From contig CAVZDU010000001.1 of NCBI GenBank assembly GCA_963774265.1, positions 384,001 to 448,000 of the forward strand: DNA of 64,000 bases. Direction: 5' to 3'. The notes below the pieces were generated by a model. The model was not told the DNA's origin. It searched no databases and saw only the letters and a program-made list of their open reading frames with translations. This DNA comes from an uncultured Chloroflexia bacterium (GTDB lineage: Bacteria > Chloroflexota > Anaerolineae > CG2-30-64-16). This document shows positions 33,903 through 43,437 of this stretch, in pieces (position 1 is the first letter of the stretch; the number at the start of each line of letters is the position of its first letter). The position numbers and the translations under genes are program-made.

Positions 33903-34839
33903 CTACGTGCGGGCAGAGAGCATCCCGCACGCGGTGACACTGCTGAACACGCCGGGGGTGCGCAGCCGCGTGCTCGCGGGGGGCACGGATCTGGTGCTCC
34001 TGGCACGTGAAGATCGCGATTTATGCGACCGGGTGATCGACATCACGCTCGTGCCGGAACTACATGAGATTCGGCATGTTCAGTCCGAGCAGGGAAACTG
34101 GCCCGCAGGCCGTCCTGAGGACCGGGTCATCATCGGCGCGGCCGCGACGTTCAGCGAGATCGTGGCGTCCGCGCTCGTTCGTGAGACCGCTCCTCTCCTG
34201 GTCGAGGCCTGCCACTCAGTAGGCGCGACCCAGATTCGCAACATGGGCACCCTGGGTGGGAATGTCGCCAACGCGGCCGCCTGCGCCGATTCCCTCCCGG
34301 CGCTGGTTTGTCTGGATGCGCTGGCGCATGTCCTCACTCCGTCCGGCGAACTAACCTGGCCGGTGGCTGAATTCGTCACCCGGCCAAACCGAACCCAACT
34401 GCCGCCAGGGGGCCTTCTGACCGCGTTGAGCTATTTTGTCCCTGCCCCGGGCAGTCGCAGCGTGTTCCTGAAGTTGGGGCGGCGCAACGCGATGGCGATC
34501 TCTCGCCTGACGGTCGCTGCGCTAGGCCGGACCGATGACGAGGGTTGCATCGCGGAAATACGAATTGTGCCCGGCTCGGCTACACCTCACATTCACCGTT
34601 TCTCGCAGACCGAGTCCCGCATGCTCGGCCAGAAGCCGACCGTCGCGCTGTGTGAAGAGGCCGGACAAATTGCGGTCGCAGAGATGTCAGAGATCACCGG
34701 CAAACGCTGGTCAAGCGAATTCAAAGAGCCTGCTCTGCAGGCCATGGTGACGCGAGCGTTGCTATCCCTCTTCTGCCTCAACGCGAAGCACGAAGCAGAC
34801 CTGTCAAGTCTTGGCGCCAGCGAGGAGACACGGGCATGA
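33889..34839 (+). CDS. Molybdenum hydroxylase FAD-binding subunit (XdhB/CoxM-like)
   Basis: LAGGTDL, QIRNMGTLGGN, FLKLGRRNAMAIS. Confidence 0.92.
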   Translation: MERFSYVRAESIPHAVTLLNTPGVRSRVLAGGTDLVLLAREDRDLCDRVIDITLVPELHEIRHVQSEQGNWPAGRPEDRVIIGAAATFSEIVASALVRETAPLLVEACHSVGATQIRNMGTLGGNVANAAACADSLPALVCLDALAHVLTPSGELTWPVAEFVTRPNRTQLPPGGLLTALSYFVPAPGSRSVFLKLGRRNAMAISRLTVAALGRTDDEGCIAEIRIVPGSATPHIHRFSQTESRMLGQKPTVALCEEAGQIAVAEMSEITGKRWSSEFKEPALQAMVTRALLSLFCLNAKHEADLSSLGASEETRA

Positions 34840-35333
34840 ATATCGAATTCTCGCTAAACGGCAACCCAATAAGTGTCGAAGCCCCGGCTGACATCAGCCT
34901 GCTCCATCTCCTGCGCGACGTCATTGGCCTGACCGGGACAAAGGAAGGCTGCGGCGTCGGCGAGTGCGGCGCGTGCAGCGTTTTGCTCGACGGCCGGCTG
35001 GTCAACTCCTGCCTGGTCCTGGCGCCTCAGGCCGGCGGACGTGAGGTGGTCTCCATCGAAGGCATCCGCGGCGCAGACGGCGGCCCAAATGACCTCCAGC
35101 AGAATTTCATCGATCACGGCGCAGTGCAATGTGGCTATTGCATCCCCGGCATGGTGTTGGCGGGTGAGGCGCTGCTGAGCAGAACGCTGACACCCAACCG
35201 GGCCGAAATCCGGGAAGCCATCGCCGGCAACCTGTGTCGCTGCACCGGTTACCAGCAAATCGTCGATGCTATCGAGGTCACCGCGGCAGATCGTAGGGGC
35301 CAGGTCCACAGGACTGAGGTGACCCATGGCTGA
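34836..35333 (+). CDS. Molybdenum hydroxylase [2Fe-2S] subunit (XdhC/CoxS-like)
   Basis: GTKEGCGVGECGAC, QCGYCIPG, GNLCRCTGY. Confidence 0.95.
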   Translation: MNIEFSLNGNPISVEAPADISLLHLLRDVIGLTGTKEGCGVGECGACSVLLDGRLVNSCLVLAPQAGGREVVSIEGIRGADGGPNDLQQNFIDHGAVQCGYCIPGMVLAGEALLSRTLTPNRAEIREAIAGNLCRCTGYQQIVDAIEVTAADRRGQVHRTEVTHG

Positions 35334-37677
35334 GTTCAAATATGTCGGCAAACCAGCGCGCCGCGTCGATGCACTGGATAAAGTCCTGGGGACGGCCAAG
35401 TACACCGCTGACTATCGCCTGCCGGGCATGTTGCGCGCGCGCTGCCTGCGCAGCGACCTGCCGCACGCACGAATCGTCCGCCTGGATGTGACCCCTGCTC
35501 TGCAGGTGCCGGGCGTGAGGGCGGCCGTCACAGGCGAGGACTATGTCAATCACGGCAACTTTGGCTACCCGGTCCAGGATATGTACATGCTGGCGCACGA
35601 GCGCGTGCGCTACGTGGGAGATGCAATTGCGGCCGTCGCAGCTGAGACCGAAGAAGCACTCGCGGCCGGCCTGGCGGCAATCATCTGTGAGCTAGAGCCA
35701 CTGCCCGGCGTCTTCGACCCGGAAGAGGCGCTGAAGCCGGATGCACCGCTCGTCGGTGAGCAGCCCTGGGACGCACCGACCGAGCCGCGCGGCAACCTGC
35801 TCATAACACATATCGTCCGCAAAGGCGATCCGGACCCCATCCTGCAAGAATCCGAGATTCAACTGGACGAACACTACAGCACCGCTCACCAGGAGCACGC
35901 CTACATTGAGACCGAGGCAGCGCTGGCGGTTCCCTGGCCTGACGGCAGCGGCGTCACGGTCTACTCGCCTAGCCAAAGCCCGTTCGCCGACCGCAACAAC
36001 CTGTGCCGTGTCCTCGGCCTGGGCGTGGAGAACGTGCGCGTGATCCAACCGCCGGTGGGCGGCGCGTTCGGCGGCAAGGATGATCAGATCTATCAGACCA
36101 CGGGCCAGGTGGCCAAACTTGCGCTGCTCACCGGTCGTCCCGTGCAGATGACCTTCAGCCGCGAAGAGTCCATGATCTTCTCCTACAAGCGGAACCCCAT
36201 GCGGGTGCACATCCGGCTCGGGGCCGACCGCAACGGCAAGCTGCGAGCCAGCAAGATCGATCTCGTGGTGGACAGCGGCGCGTACTCGGCCATCACGCCG
36301 TTCGTGGCGTGGCGCGGCAATATCCACGCCATGGGGGCCTATCGCTATGACGCGTGTCACGTCGACACCCATGTGGCATACACCAACAACGGCTATACCG
36401 GCGCGTTCCGCGGATTCGGCAACACAGAGACCACGGCCTGCATCGAGCAGGCTGTGGACATGCTGGCCGACCGCCTGGGCATCGACCCCATCGAGCTGCG
36501 CCTGATGAACTGCCTGCGGCCCTGCGACGAAACCGCGCACGGCCAGCGCCTGGGCGAGGATGTGGCGCTGGTCGAATGCCTGGAGCACGTGCGCCGTGTC
36601 TCCGACTGGGACCGCAAACGCCGCGAATACGGGCGCAACAACCTTCAACCTTCAATCCGTCGCGGCATCGGCGTGGCGTGCTTCTTCCACGGCCTGTCGC
36701 TGGGCGCGGAAGGAGACGACTTCGCGGTCAGCACAATCCAGGTCAATGATGACACTTCGCTCAGCCTCACCTCGGGCCTGACCGATTATGGCACCGGCTC
36801 GCGTACGGTCTTCACGCTCATTGCCGCGGAAGTTCTCGGGCTCAAACCGGAACGCATCCACATGCACCGGCCCGATACCGATACGGCCATCGCCGGCGGT
36901 CCCACCGTCGCCTCGCGCGCTACGGTGTTGGGCGGCAACGCGGTGCGCGTCACGGCCGAGCGGCTTAACAGCCTTCTGCTTCAGGCCGCGGCCGACCTTT
37001 TCGGGTGCAGCCTGATTCAGGTGCTACGTGACGGAGAGCGCTTCATCGGGCCGCAAGAGGAACCAGCTAGCTTCGAAGACGTTGTTAATCATGCCCGCCA
37101 GATGGGTCTGACCCTCTCGGCGCACGGCCGTTGGGACGCACCTGCCATCCATTGGTCGCTGGAGAGCGGCACGGGCAAGCCCTACTTCGCGTATCACTAC
37201 GGCGCGCAGGTGGCGGAAGTCGTTGTAGACATGGGGACGGGTAAGGTGGACGTGTCCGGCATCTGGGCCAGCCACAACACCGGGACGGTGATCTTCCCGC
37301 AGGGGATGCTGGGCCAACTCTATGGCGGGATCACCCAGGGGCTAGGCTACGCGCTGATGGAACGGGTGGACTTCGACCAGGGTTACATGCAGGCAACTAA
37401 CTTCGATGAATATCTGATCCCCACAGCCCTGGATGTTCCTGATATCGTGGGGCACTTCGTGCAAAAACCTTTCAGTTTCGGGCCCTTCGGCGCGAAGAAC
37501 ATAGGCGAGCCCGCCATGGTGCCCACGGCGCCAGCCATCGTCAACGCCATCACCCATGCCACAGGCAGACGCATCCCTGATCTGCCCGCAAACCTGGAGC
37601 GAGTGCTGATCGGTCACGACCTGCGGCAGAAGGGATCGGATCGGGCGTGCAAACTGGGATTGAATGTTACAGGTTGA
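35326..37677 (+). CDS. Xanthine dehydrogenase family molybdopterin-binding subunit 1
   Basis: QEHAYIE, GGAFGGK, AFRGFG, ASR, GAKNIGE. Confidence 0.93.
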   Translation: MAEFKYVGKPARRVDALDKVLGTAKYTADYRLPGMLRARCLRSDLPHARIVRLDVTPALQVPGVRAAVTGEDYVNHGNFGYPVQDMYMLAHERVRYVGDAIAAVAAETEEALAAGLAAIICELEPLPGVFDPEEALKPDAPLVGEQPWDAPTEPRGNLLITHIVRKGDPDPILQESEIQLDEHYSTAHQEHAYIETEAALAVPWPDGSGVTVYSPSQSPFADRNNLCRVLGLGVENVRVIQPPVGGAFGGKDDQIYQTTGQVAKLALLTGRPVQMTFSREESMIFSYKRNPMRVHIRLGADRNGKLRASKIDLVVDSGAYSAITPFVAWRGNIHAMGAYRYDACHVDTHVAYTNNGYTGAFRGFGNTETTACIEQAVDMLADRLGIDPIELRLMNCLRPCDETAHGQRLGEDVALVECLEHVRRVSDWDRKRREYGRNNLQPSIRRGIGVACFFHGLSLGAEGDDFAVSTIQVNDDTSLSLTSGLTDYGTGSRTVFTLIAAEVLGLKPERIHMHRPDTDTAIAGGPTVASRATVLGGNAVRVTAERLNSLLLQAAADLFGCSLIQVLRDGERFIGPQEEPASFEDVVNHARQMGLTLSAHGRWDAPAIHWSLESGTGKPYFAYHYGAQVAEVVVDMGTGKVDVSGIWASHNTGTVIFPQGMLGQLYGGITQGLGYALMERVDFDQGYMQATNFDEYLIPTALDVPDIVGHFVQKPFSFGPFGAKNIGEPAMVPTAPAIVNAITHATGRRIPDLPANLERVLIGHDLRQKGSDRACKLGLNVTG

Positions 37678-37722
37678 AGGTTTCCTGACCTCAACTTTCA
37701 ACCTGTAACCTGTAACCCGTAA
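37667..37722. repeat. 7-nt-periodic inverted repeat overlapping the xdh stop codon
   Basis: ttacaggttgaagg ... actttcaacctgtaacctgtaacccgtaa. Confidence 0.65.
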
Positions 37723-37736
37723 AGAGGTGAACCAAA

Positions 37737-38948
37737 ATGGATCAAATCAAAGAGCTCCACTCACGTGTCCAACAGAGCCGGGACGACATCATCCAGTTCA
37801 TGCGCGACATCTGCGCCATCCCCTCGATGAACTCCGAAATCGGCCCGGTCGGCGAACGCATCCAGGCCGAGATGCGCAAACTCGGCTGGGAAGAGGCGCG
37901 CTTCGACAAAATGGGCAACACCGTGGGCCGCATCGGCGACGGGCCCAAGGTCATCGTCTACGACTCGCACATCGACACGGTCGGCGTCGGCGACCCCGCT
38001 GAATGGGAATGGGACCCCTTCATCGGCAAGGTGGAGGACGGCCGTCTCTACGCGCGCGGCGCCTGCGACGAAAAAGGCAGCACCCCCGGCATGGTCTATG
38101 GCCTGGCCATGGCGCGCGACCTGGGCTGGCTCGACGGCTACACCGTCTACTACTTCGGTAATATGGAAGAATGGTGTGACGGCATCGCGCCCAATACGTT
38201 TGTAGAGGTGGATCCCAAGGTTCGGCCCGACTTTGTGGTTATCGGCGAGCCGACCAAGATGCAAGTGTACCGCGGACACAAGGGCCGCATCGAGATGAAG
38301 ATCACGGCGTCGGGCCGGTCGGCCCATGCGGCCTCGCACTACCTGGGCGATAACGCTGTGTACAAGATGGCAGCGATTATCACGCAGATACGCGAGCTGG
38401 ATCGTCGTTTCCATTTCGGACTGGGTGTGCACCCGGTGCAAGGATATCCTTCGATCGCGGTCACCGATGTTCATGTCCGTACGGCTTCCCTCAATGCCGT
38501 GCCTGATGAGTTCACGATCTACATCGACCGGCGCATCACTTCAAATGAGCCCCACGACCATGTCATCGATCAGGTCAGGGGGCTCATTCCTGATTATCTT
38601 CAGGAAGAGATCTCCGTCGAGGAGCTCTTCTACGACGAGCCCTCCTACACGGGATTCGTCTTCCCCGTGAGCAAATACTACCCTGCATGGTTGCTGGAAG
38701 ACAACCATCCACTGGCCGCAGCAGGCCAGCGCGCAATCCAGGCGCTCTGGGGTGAAGAACGGCCGCTCGGCACATGGGACTTCTCCACCAATGGCACGTA
38801 TTGGGCGGGCAAGGCAGGCATCCCGTCGATCGGCCTCGGCCCGGGCGACGAGAAAACGGCCCACATGCGCCACGAAAACGTGCCCCTGGACGAAGTCGTC
38901 CAGGCCACCGAATGGTATGCGGCTCTGCCGAAGATGCTTAAGGAATAA
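37737..38948 (+). CDS. ygeY: YgeY family M20 hydrolase
   Basis: DSHIDTVG, RGACDEKG, EEWCDG, EPT...YRGHKGR, FSTNG, GPGDE..AH; purine cluster context. Confidence 0.85.
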   Translation: MDQIKELHSRVQQSRDDIIQFMRDICAIPSMNSEIGPVGERIQAEMRKLGWEEARFDKMGNTVGRIGDGPKVIVYDSHIDTVGVGDPAEWEWDPFIGKVEDGRLYARGACDEKGSTPGMVYGLAMARDLGWLDGYTVYYFGNMEEWCDGIAPNTFVEVDPKVRPDFVVIGEPTKMQVYRGHKGRIEMKITASGRSAHAASHYLGDNAVYKMAAIITQIRELDRRFHFGLGVHPVQGYPSIAVTDVHVRTASLNAVPDEFTIYIDRRITSNEPHDHVIDQVRGLIPDYLQEEISVEELFYDEPSYTGFVFPVSKYYPAWLLEDNHPLAAAGQRAIQALWGEERPLGTWDFSTNGTYWAGKAGIPSIGLGPGDEKTAHMRHENVPLDEVVQATEWYAALPKMLKE

Positions 38949-38952
38949 CCCT

Positions 38953-39027
38953 AACCACGAAGACACCGAGGCACGAAGTGCCGTAAAGGCCTTATGACAA
39001 CCTCGAGCCCTTGTGTCATTGTGACTA
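38953..39027. repeat. Degenerate inverted repeat (ACCACRAAGACAC family)
   Basis: aaccacgaagacac ... ttgtgtcattgtgac; related to 49889..49981. Confidence 0.55.
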
Positions 39028-39050
39028 ATCTAGGCTGAAAGGACTATCGT

Positions 39051-40031
39051 ATGCGTAGCTTTATTGGTCGTGACATCCTTTCGCTCAAAGAATTCGAGCG
39101 TCAGGAATTCTTCCGGGTCTTCGACGTTGCGGCGCGGATGGAACCGGTTGCCCGCGATCGTCGAAACCTGGATATGCTCAAGGACAAGATACTCGTCACC
39201 GCTTTCTATCAGCCGTCCACCCGCACCCGCCTGGCACACGAGGCGGCCATGCACCGGCTGGGCGGCCACGTCACCGGCTTCTCAGACGCGAAGATGACCC
39301 GGGCCGGCGACTGGTATCAGGAGTCGATCAAAGATACCGTCAAGATGTTGGAGTTCTACGGGGATGTGATCGTGATGCGTCACTTCCAGAAGGGCGCACC
39401 GCACGAGGCCGCGATGTGGTCGTCGGTGCCGATCCTCAACGGCGGCGACGGCTGGGGCGAGCACCCGACGCAGATTCTCACGGATCTGTACACCGTTCTG
39501 CAGCAGAAGCACCATATCGACGGGCTCAAGTGGGTCGCCGTAGGCGACATGCGGATGCGGACGATGCACTCACTGGGTTATGCGCTCACGCAGTTCGATT
39601 GCCCCATCACGTTTGTCTCACCAGGCCCGGACGATCTGTTCCCCGGTTCGCCAGACATGCGCATGCCGGAGGAGTACAAGACTGACTTCCAGCGTTATTC
39701 GCTGAATTTCAAGGAGGCCGAGCACGTCGAGCAGGTCATCGCCGACGCTGACGTGATCCTCGTCGAGCCGGTGATCCAGCCGGATTATACGAAGGCCCGC
39801 CAAGAAGCGGCAACCGACTACAGCCTCACCCCTGCCAACTACAAGATTACGCGAGAGCTGCTCGCGACAAAGGCCAAGTCGAATGCCATGCTGCTGCACT
39901 CTCTGCCTCGCATGGATGAAATCCCGCTGGATGTGGACATCACGCGCTGGTCCCGCTATTGGCAGGAGGCGTTCAACGGCGTCGTCATGCGCATGGCACT
40001 ACTGGCGCTCGTCTTGGGCGGCGTAGATTAA
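39051..40031 (+). CDS. ATCase-like carbamoyltransferase with divergent acceptor site
   Basis: FYQPSTRTR, MRH, NGGDG..EHPTQ, HSLPR; canonical PyrB SSxxKGE and RxQxER motifs absent. Confidence 0.85.
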   Translation: MRSFIGRDILSLKEFERQEFFRVFDVAARMEPVARDRRNLDMLKDKILVTAFYQPSTRTRLAHEAAMHRLGGHVTGFSDAKMTRAGDWYQESIKDTVKMLEFYGDVIVMRHFQKGAPHEAAMWSSVPILNGGDGWGEHPTQILTDLYTVLQQKHHIDGLKWVAVGDMRMRTMHSLGYALTQFDCPITFVSPGPDDLFPGSPDMRMPEEYKTDFQRYSLNFKEAEHVEQVIADADVILVEPVIQPDYTKARQEAATDYSLTPANYKITRELLATKAKSNAMLLHSLPRMDEIPLDVDITRWSRYWQEAFNGVVMRMALLALVLGGVD

Positions 40032-40090
40032 ACGTCTGGCCATAGGTTCTTTGTGATTGGTCCAGACTTCAACCAACAGGAGAAAGAGTT

Positions 40091-41077
40091 ATGCAAACCT
40101 ATCTTCATGGCCGTGACCTCATCGGCGATCTCGATTTCTCGAAAGAGGAAGTCGAGACCGTTTTGGACGTGGCGTTCGATCTCAAACGCAAGCGCGCGCT
40201 GAACGAACCCCATGCCTACCTGCGCGATAAGGTGCTCGCGATGCTGTTCTTCTTCAGCAGCACACGCACGCGCGGCTCGTTCGAGGCCGGCATGGCCCAG
40301 CTCGGCGGCCATGGCGCTTTCATCGAAAGCACAACCACCCAGATCGCGCACGGCGACACCCCGAAAGAGATCGGCGAGATTTTCGGCCGCTACTTCGACG
40401 GCATCGCCATCCGCCACTGCGATTGGCCCATCGGCAACGCTTACCTGAACGCGGTTGCGAAAGCTTCCCGCGTGCCGGTGCTCAACATGCAGTGCGAGAT
40501 CTACCACCCCTTCCAGTGTCTCGCCGATCTGATGACCATCATGGAAAAGAAGGGCCGCGATCTGCGCAAGAAGAAGATCGTCGTCTCGTGGGCGTATGCT
40601 GCGTCATACCTCAAGCCGATCTCCGTGCCGCAATCCCTGATCCTGCAGATGCCGCGCTTCGGCATGGATGTCGTGCTGGCGCATCCGCCGGAATTCCAAC
40701 TGATGCCGGAGATTGTGGGCATGGCAAAGGAGCAGGCTCGCAAATTCAAGACCAGCTTCGAGATCGTCAGCGATCCGAATGGCATGGATATCGCTTTCAA
40801 GGATGCGGATGTTATCTACGCCAAGTCGTGGGGGCCGCTGTTGACTACCACCGATAAGGTGGAGGGCAAGAAGCTCCAGGACTCGTACAAGCACTGGATC
40901 ACCGACGAGCGCAAGATGGCCCTCGCCCAGCCCGATGCCATCTACATGCATCCCCTGCCGGCCGACCGCAACATCGAGGTGACCGATGGCGTCATCGATG
41001 GCCCCAACTCGGTCGTCTACGATGAGGCGGAGAATCGCCTGCATGCACAAAAGGCGGTCATGGCGTTGACCATGTAG
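40091..41077 (+). CDS. YgeW-like (knotted) carbamoyltransferase
   Basis: SSTRTR, NMQC...HP.Q..AD, WAYAASYLKPISVPQS, RFGMDV.LAHP, YAKSW, MHPLPAD resemble recalled YgeW motifs; shorter than E. coli YgeW. Confidence 0.8.
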   Translation: MQTYLHGRDLIGDLDFSKEEVETVLDVAFDLKRKRALNEPHAYLRDKVLAMLFFFSSTRTRGSFEAGMAQLGGHGAFIESTTTQIAHGDTPKEIGEIFGRYFDGIAIRHCDWPIGNAYLNAVAKASRVPVLNMQCEIYHPFQCLADLMTIMEKKGRDLRKKKIVVSWAYAASYLKPISVPQSLILQMPRFGMDVVLAHPPEFQLMPEIVGMAKEQARKFKTSFEIVSDPNGMDIAFKDADVIYAKSWGPLLTTTDKVEGKKLQDSYKHWITDERKMALAQPDAIYMHPLPADRNIEVTDGVIDGPNSVVYDEAENRLHAQKAVMALTM

Positions 41078-41090
41078 AAAGAGACAAGAG

Positions 41091-41124
41091 ACCTGATAGG
41101 TTTCCTTCGCGAGACCTGTCAGGT
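41091..41124. repeat. Intergenic palindrome (ACCTGnnAGGT family)
   Basis: ACCTGATAGGTTTC-N6-GAGACCTGTCAGGT. Confidence 0.65.
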
Positions 41125-41142
41125 GCTCCAAGGAGTATCCAC

Positions 41143-42108
41143 ATGACACCACAACCCAAGAGAGTCGCGGTCGTCGCCATTGGCGGTAATTCGCTGATCC
41201 TGGACGCCAAGCACCAAACCGTCGAAGACCAATACCTAGCGGCAAAAGAGACCACTTGTCACATCGCAGATATGATCGAGGCCGGGTGGGAAGTTGCCAT
41301 CGGCCACGGCAATGGGCCACAAGTCGGCTTCATCTTGCGCCGTTCCGAGATCGCAGCGAAGGTCGAGGGCATGCACGAGGTGCCGCTGGACGTGTGTGGC
41401 GCCGATAGCCAGGGCGCCATCGGCTACGCACTGCAGCAGACCCTCCAGAACTGGTTGTTCCAACGCAAGATCCAGAAGAACGTCGCGACAGTCATCACCC
41501 AGGTGCTGGTAGACCGCAACGATTCGGCATTCAAGAATCCCACGAAGCCCATCGGTAGCTTCATGAGTGAAGACGAGGCCAAACGCCGCGAGGCAGAGAT
41601 GGCCTGGTCGGTGGTCGAGGATGCCGGACGGGGCTGGCGCCGCGTCGTCGCATCACCGCTGCCCAAAGAAGTAGTGGAGATCGAGACCGTCAAGGCGCTC
41701 ATCAATGCCGGCGTCGTCGTCATCACGGTAGGCGGGGGCGGCATCCCTGTAATCGACCCGGGCGATGGGAATTACCAGGGCACGGCCGCCGTCATCGATA
41801 AGGACTATGCCTCCAGCTTGCTTGCGCAAAGCATCAATGCCGACATGTTCCTGATCTCGACCGCGGTCGAGAAAGTGGCGATCAACTTCGGCAAGCCGGA
41901 TCAGCAGTGGCTGGACCGCATGACCCTGTCTGAGGCCAAGAAATACCTGGCGGAGGGCAAACACTTCGCCAAGGGGTCGATGGCTCCCAAGGTCCAGGCC
42001 ATCATCTGGTACATGGAAGCCGGCGGCAAGCATGCCATCATCACCAACCCGGAAAACATCGGCCGCGCGCTGCGTGGCGAGACTGGGACACATATCGTGC
42101 CGGATTGA
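41143..42108 (+). CDS. arcC: Carbamate kinase
   Basis: VAIGGNS, HGNGPQVG, NPTKPIG, GWRRVVASP, GGGGIPV, VIDKD, GSMAPKV. Confidence 0.95.
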   Translation: MTPQPKRVAVVAIGGNSLILDAKHQTVEDQYLAAKETTCHIADMIEAGWEVAIGHGNGPQVGFILRRSEIAAKVEGMHEVPLDVCGADSQGAIGYALQQTLQNWLFQRKIQKNVATVITQVLVDRNDSAFKNPTKPIGSFMSEDEAKRREAEMAWSVVEDAGRGWRRVVASPLPKEVVEIETVKALINAGVVVITVGGGGIPVIDPGDGNYQGTAAVIDKDYASSLLAQSINADMFLISTAVEKVAINFGKPDQQWLDRMTLSEAKKYLAEGKHFAKGSMAPKVQAIIWYMEAGGKHAIITNPENIGRALRGETGTHIVPD

Positions 42109-42122
42109 AGTGGGAGCATCAC

Positions 42123-43366
42123 GTGGATCACGTAAAATCGCTGAAGTGTCTGATCTGCGGCGCAGAGTATCGGCCGGACGAGGTGGAGTATATCTGCCCA
42201 CACCATGGGGAAGACGGTATCCTTGACGTCCAGTACGATTACGATCTCATCAAAACCCGCATCAGTCCCCTGTCGCTCGCACAGGACCGCAACAACACCA
42301 TCTGGCGGTATAAACCGCTGTTGCCGATCCACCCTGACAGTCCGGTCCCGCCTCTCACCATAGGTTGGACGCCATTGTACCGGGCTGACCGGCTGGCAGC
42401 GGGGTTGGGGCTGAAGCACGTGTGGGTCAAAGATGACGGGCGCAACCCGAGCGCATCCTTCAAGGATCGGGCGAGTGCTATCGCAGTGGTAAAGGCGCAG
42501 GAGAGGGGCGCCGAGATCATCACCACGTCCAGCACGGGTAATGCCGGCGCAGCGCTTTCCGCACTGTGCGCCAGCGTGGGACAACCCAACGTGATCTTCG
42601 TGCCCGAATCCGCACCACCCGCAAAGGTCGCGCAATTGCTGGTCTACGGCAGCACCGTGATGCTGGTTCGCGGCAGCTACGATGACGCGTTCGAGCTGTG
42701 TGCGTGGGCGGCCAAAGAATTCGGCTGGTACAACCGCAACACTGGCTACAACCCGTACATGAGCGAAGGCAAGAAGACGGCCTCGCTCGAGATTTGTGAG
42801 CAATTAGAGTGGGACGCGCCGGACTGGATCGTCGTCTCGGTCGGGGATGGTTGCATCATCGGCGGTCTGTATAAAGGGCTGTTTGACCTGCACAGCCTCG
42901 GCTGGATCAAAAAGATGCCCCGCATCCTGGGCGTTCAGGCCGCTGGGTCGGCTGCGCTGTACGACGCGTGGCGCACGCGGCATCGACGCAATGGAAATGC
43001 AGCCGATCGACGCACACACGATTGCTGACAGCATCTCCGCCGGGCTGCCGGCCGACCGAATCAAGGGCCTGGCGCGCCGTGCGGGCGACCGGTGGGGCAT
43101 ATACCAAGGTGACCGACGAGGAAATCATCGCGGCGATCCCGGTGCTGGCGCAGCGCAGCGGCGTTTTCGCGGAGCCAGCAGGCGCTGCGTCGTATGCAGG
43201 ACTTAGCCAGGCGGTCAAAGAGGGACTAATCGATCCCGAAGAGCGCATCGTCGTCCTCGTGACCGGCAATGGACTGAAAGACATTGCGACGGCGCGTAAG
43301 TCCGTTTCGGAACCCTATGTTGTTGATAAAGACCTGGCCGACGTGAAACGCGTGCTGGGCCGATAA
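42123..43366 (+). CDS. Threonine synthase-like PLP enzyme (fold type II); frameshifts near 42975 and 43065
   Basis: CxxC...C zinc knuckle, GWTPL, NPSASFKDR, SSTGNAG, EGKKT, EPAGAAS, VTGNGLKD. Confidence 0.85.
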
Positions 43367-43369
43367 TAC

Positions 43370-43422
43370 GGAAGGAAGAAGGAAAAAGGAAGAAGGAGAT
43401 CTTCCTTCTTCCTTCTTCCCTC
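43370..43422. repeat. (GAAGGAA)n-GATC-(TTCCTTC)n palindrome
   Basis: ggaaggaagaaggaaaaaggaagaaggagatcttccttcttccttcttccc. Confidence 0.85.
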
Positions 43423-43437
43423 TGGAAAGGCATTCAC

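Noticed and set aside
39051-43366. Biosynthetic pyrB/argF/thrC operon
   Set aside because: Acceptor-binding motifs diverge, partner biosynthetic genes are absent, and carbamate kinase plus ygeY/ygfK/ssnA indicate catabolism
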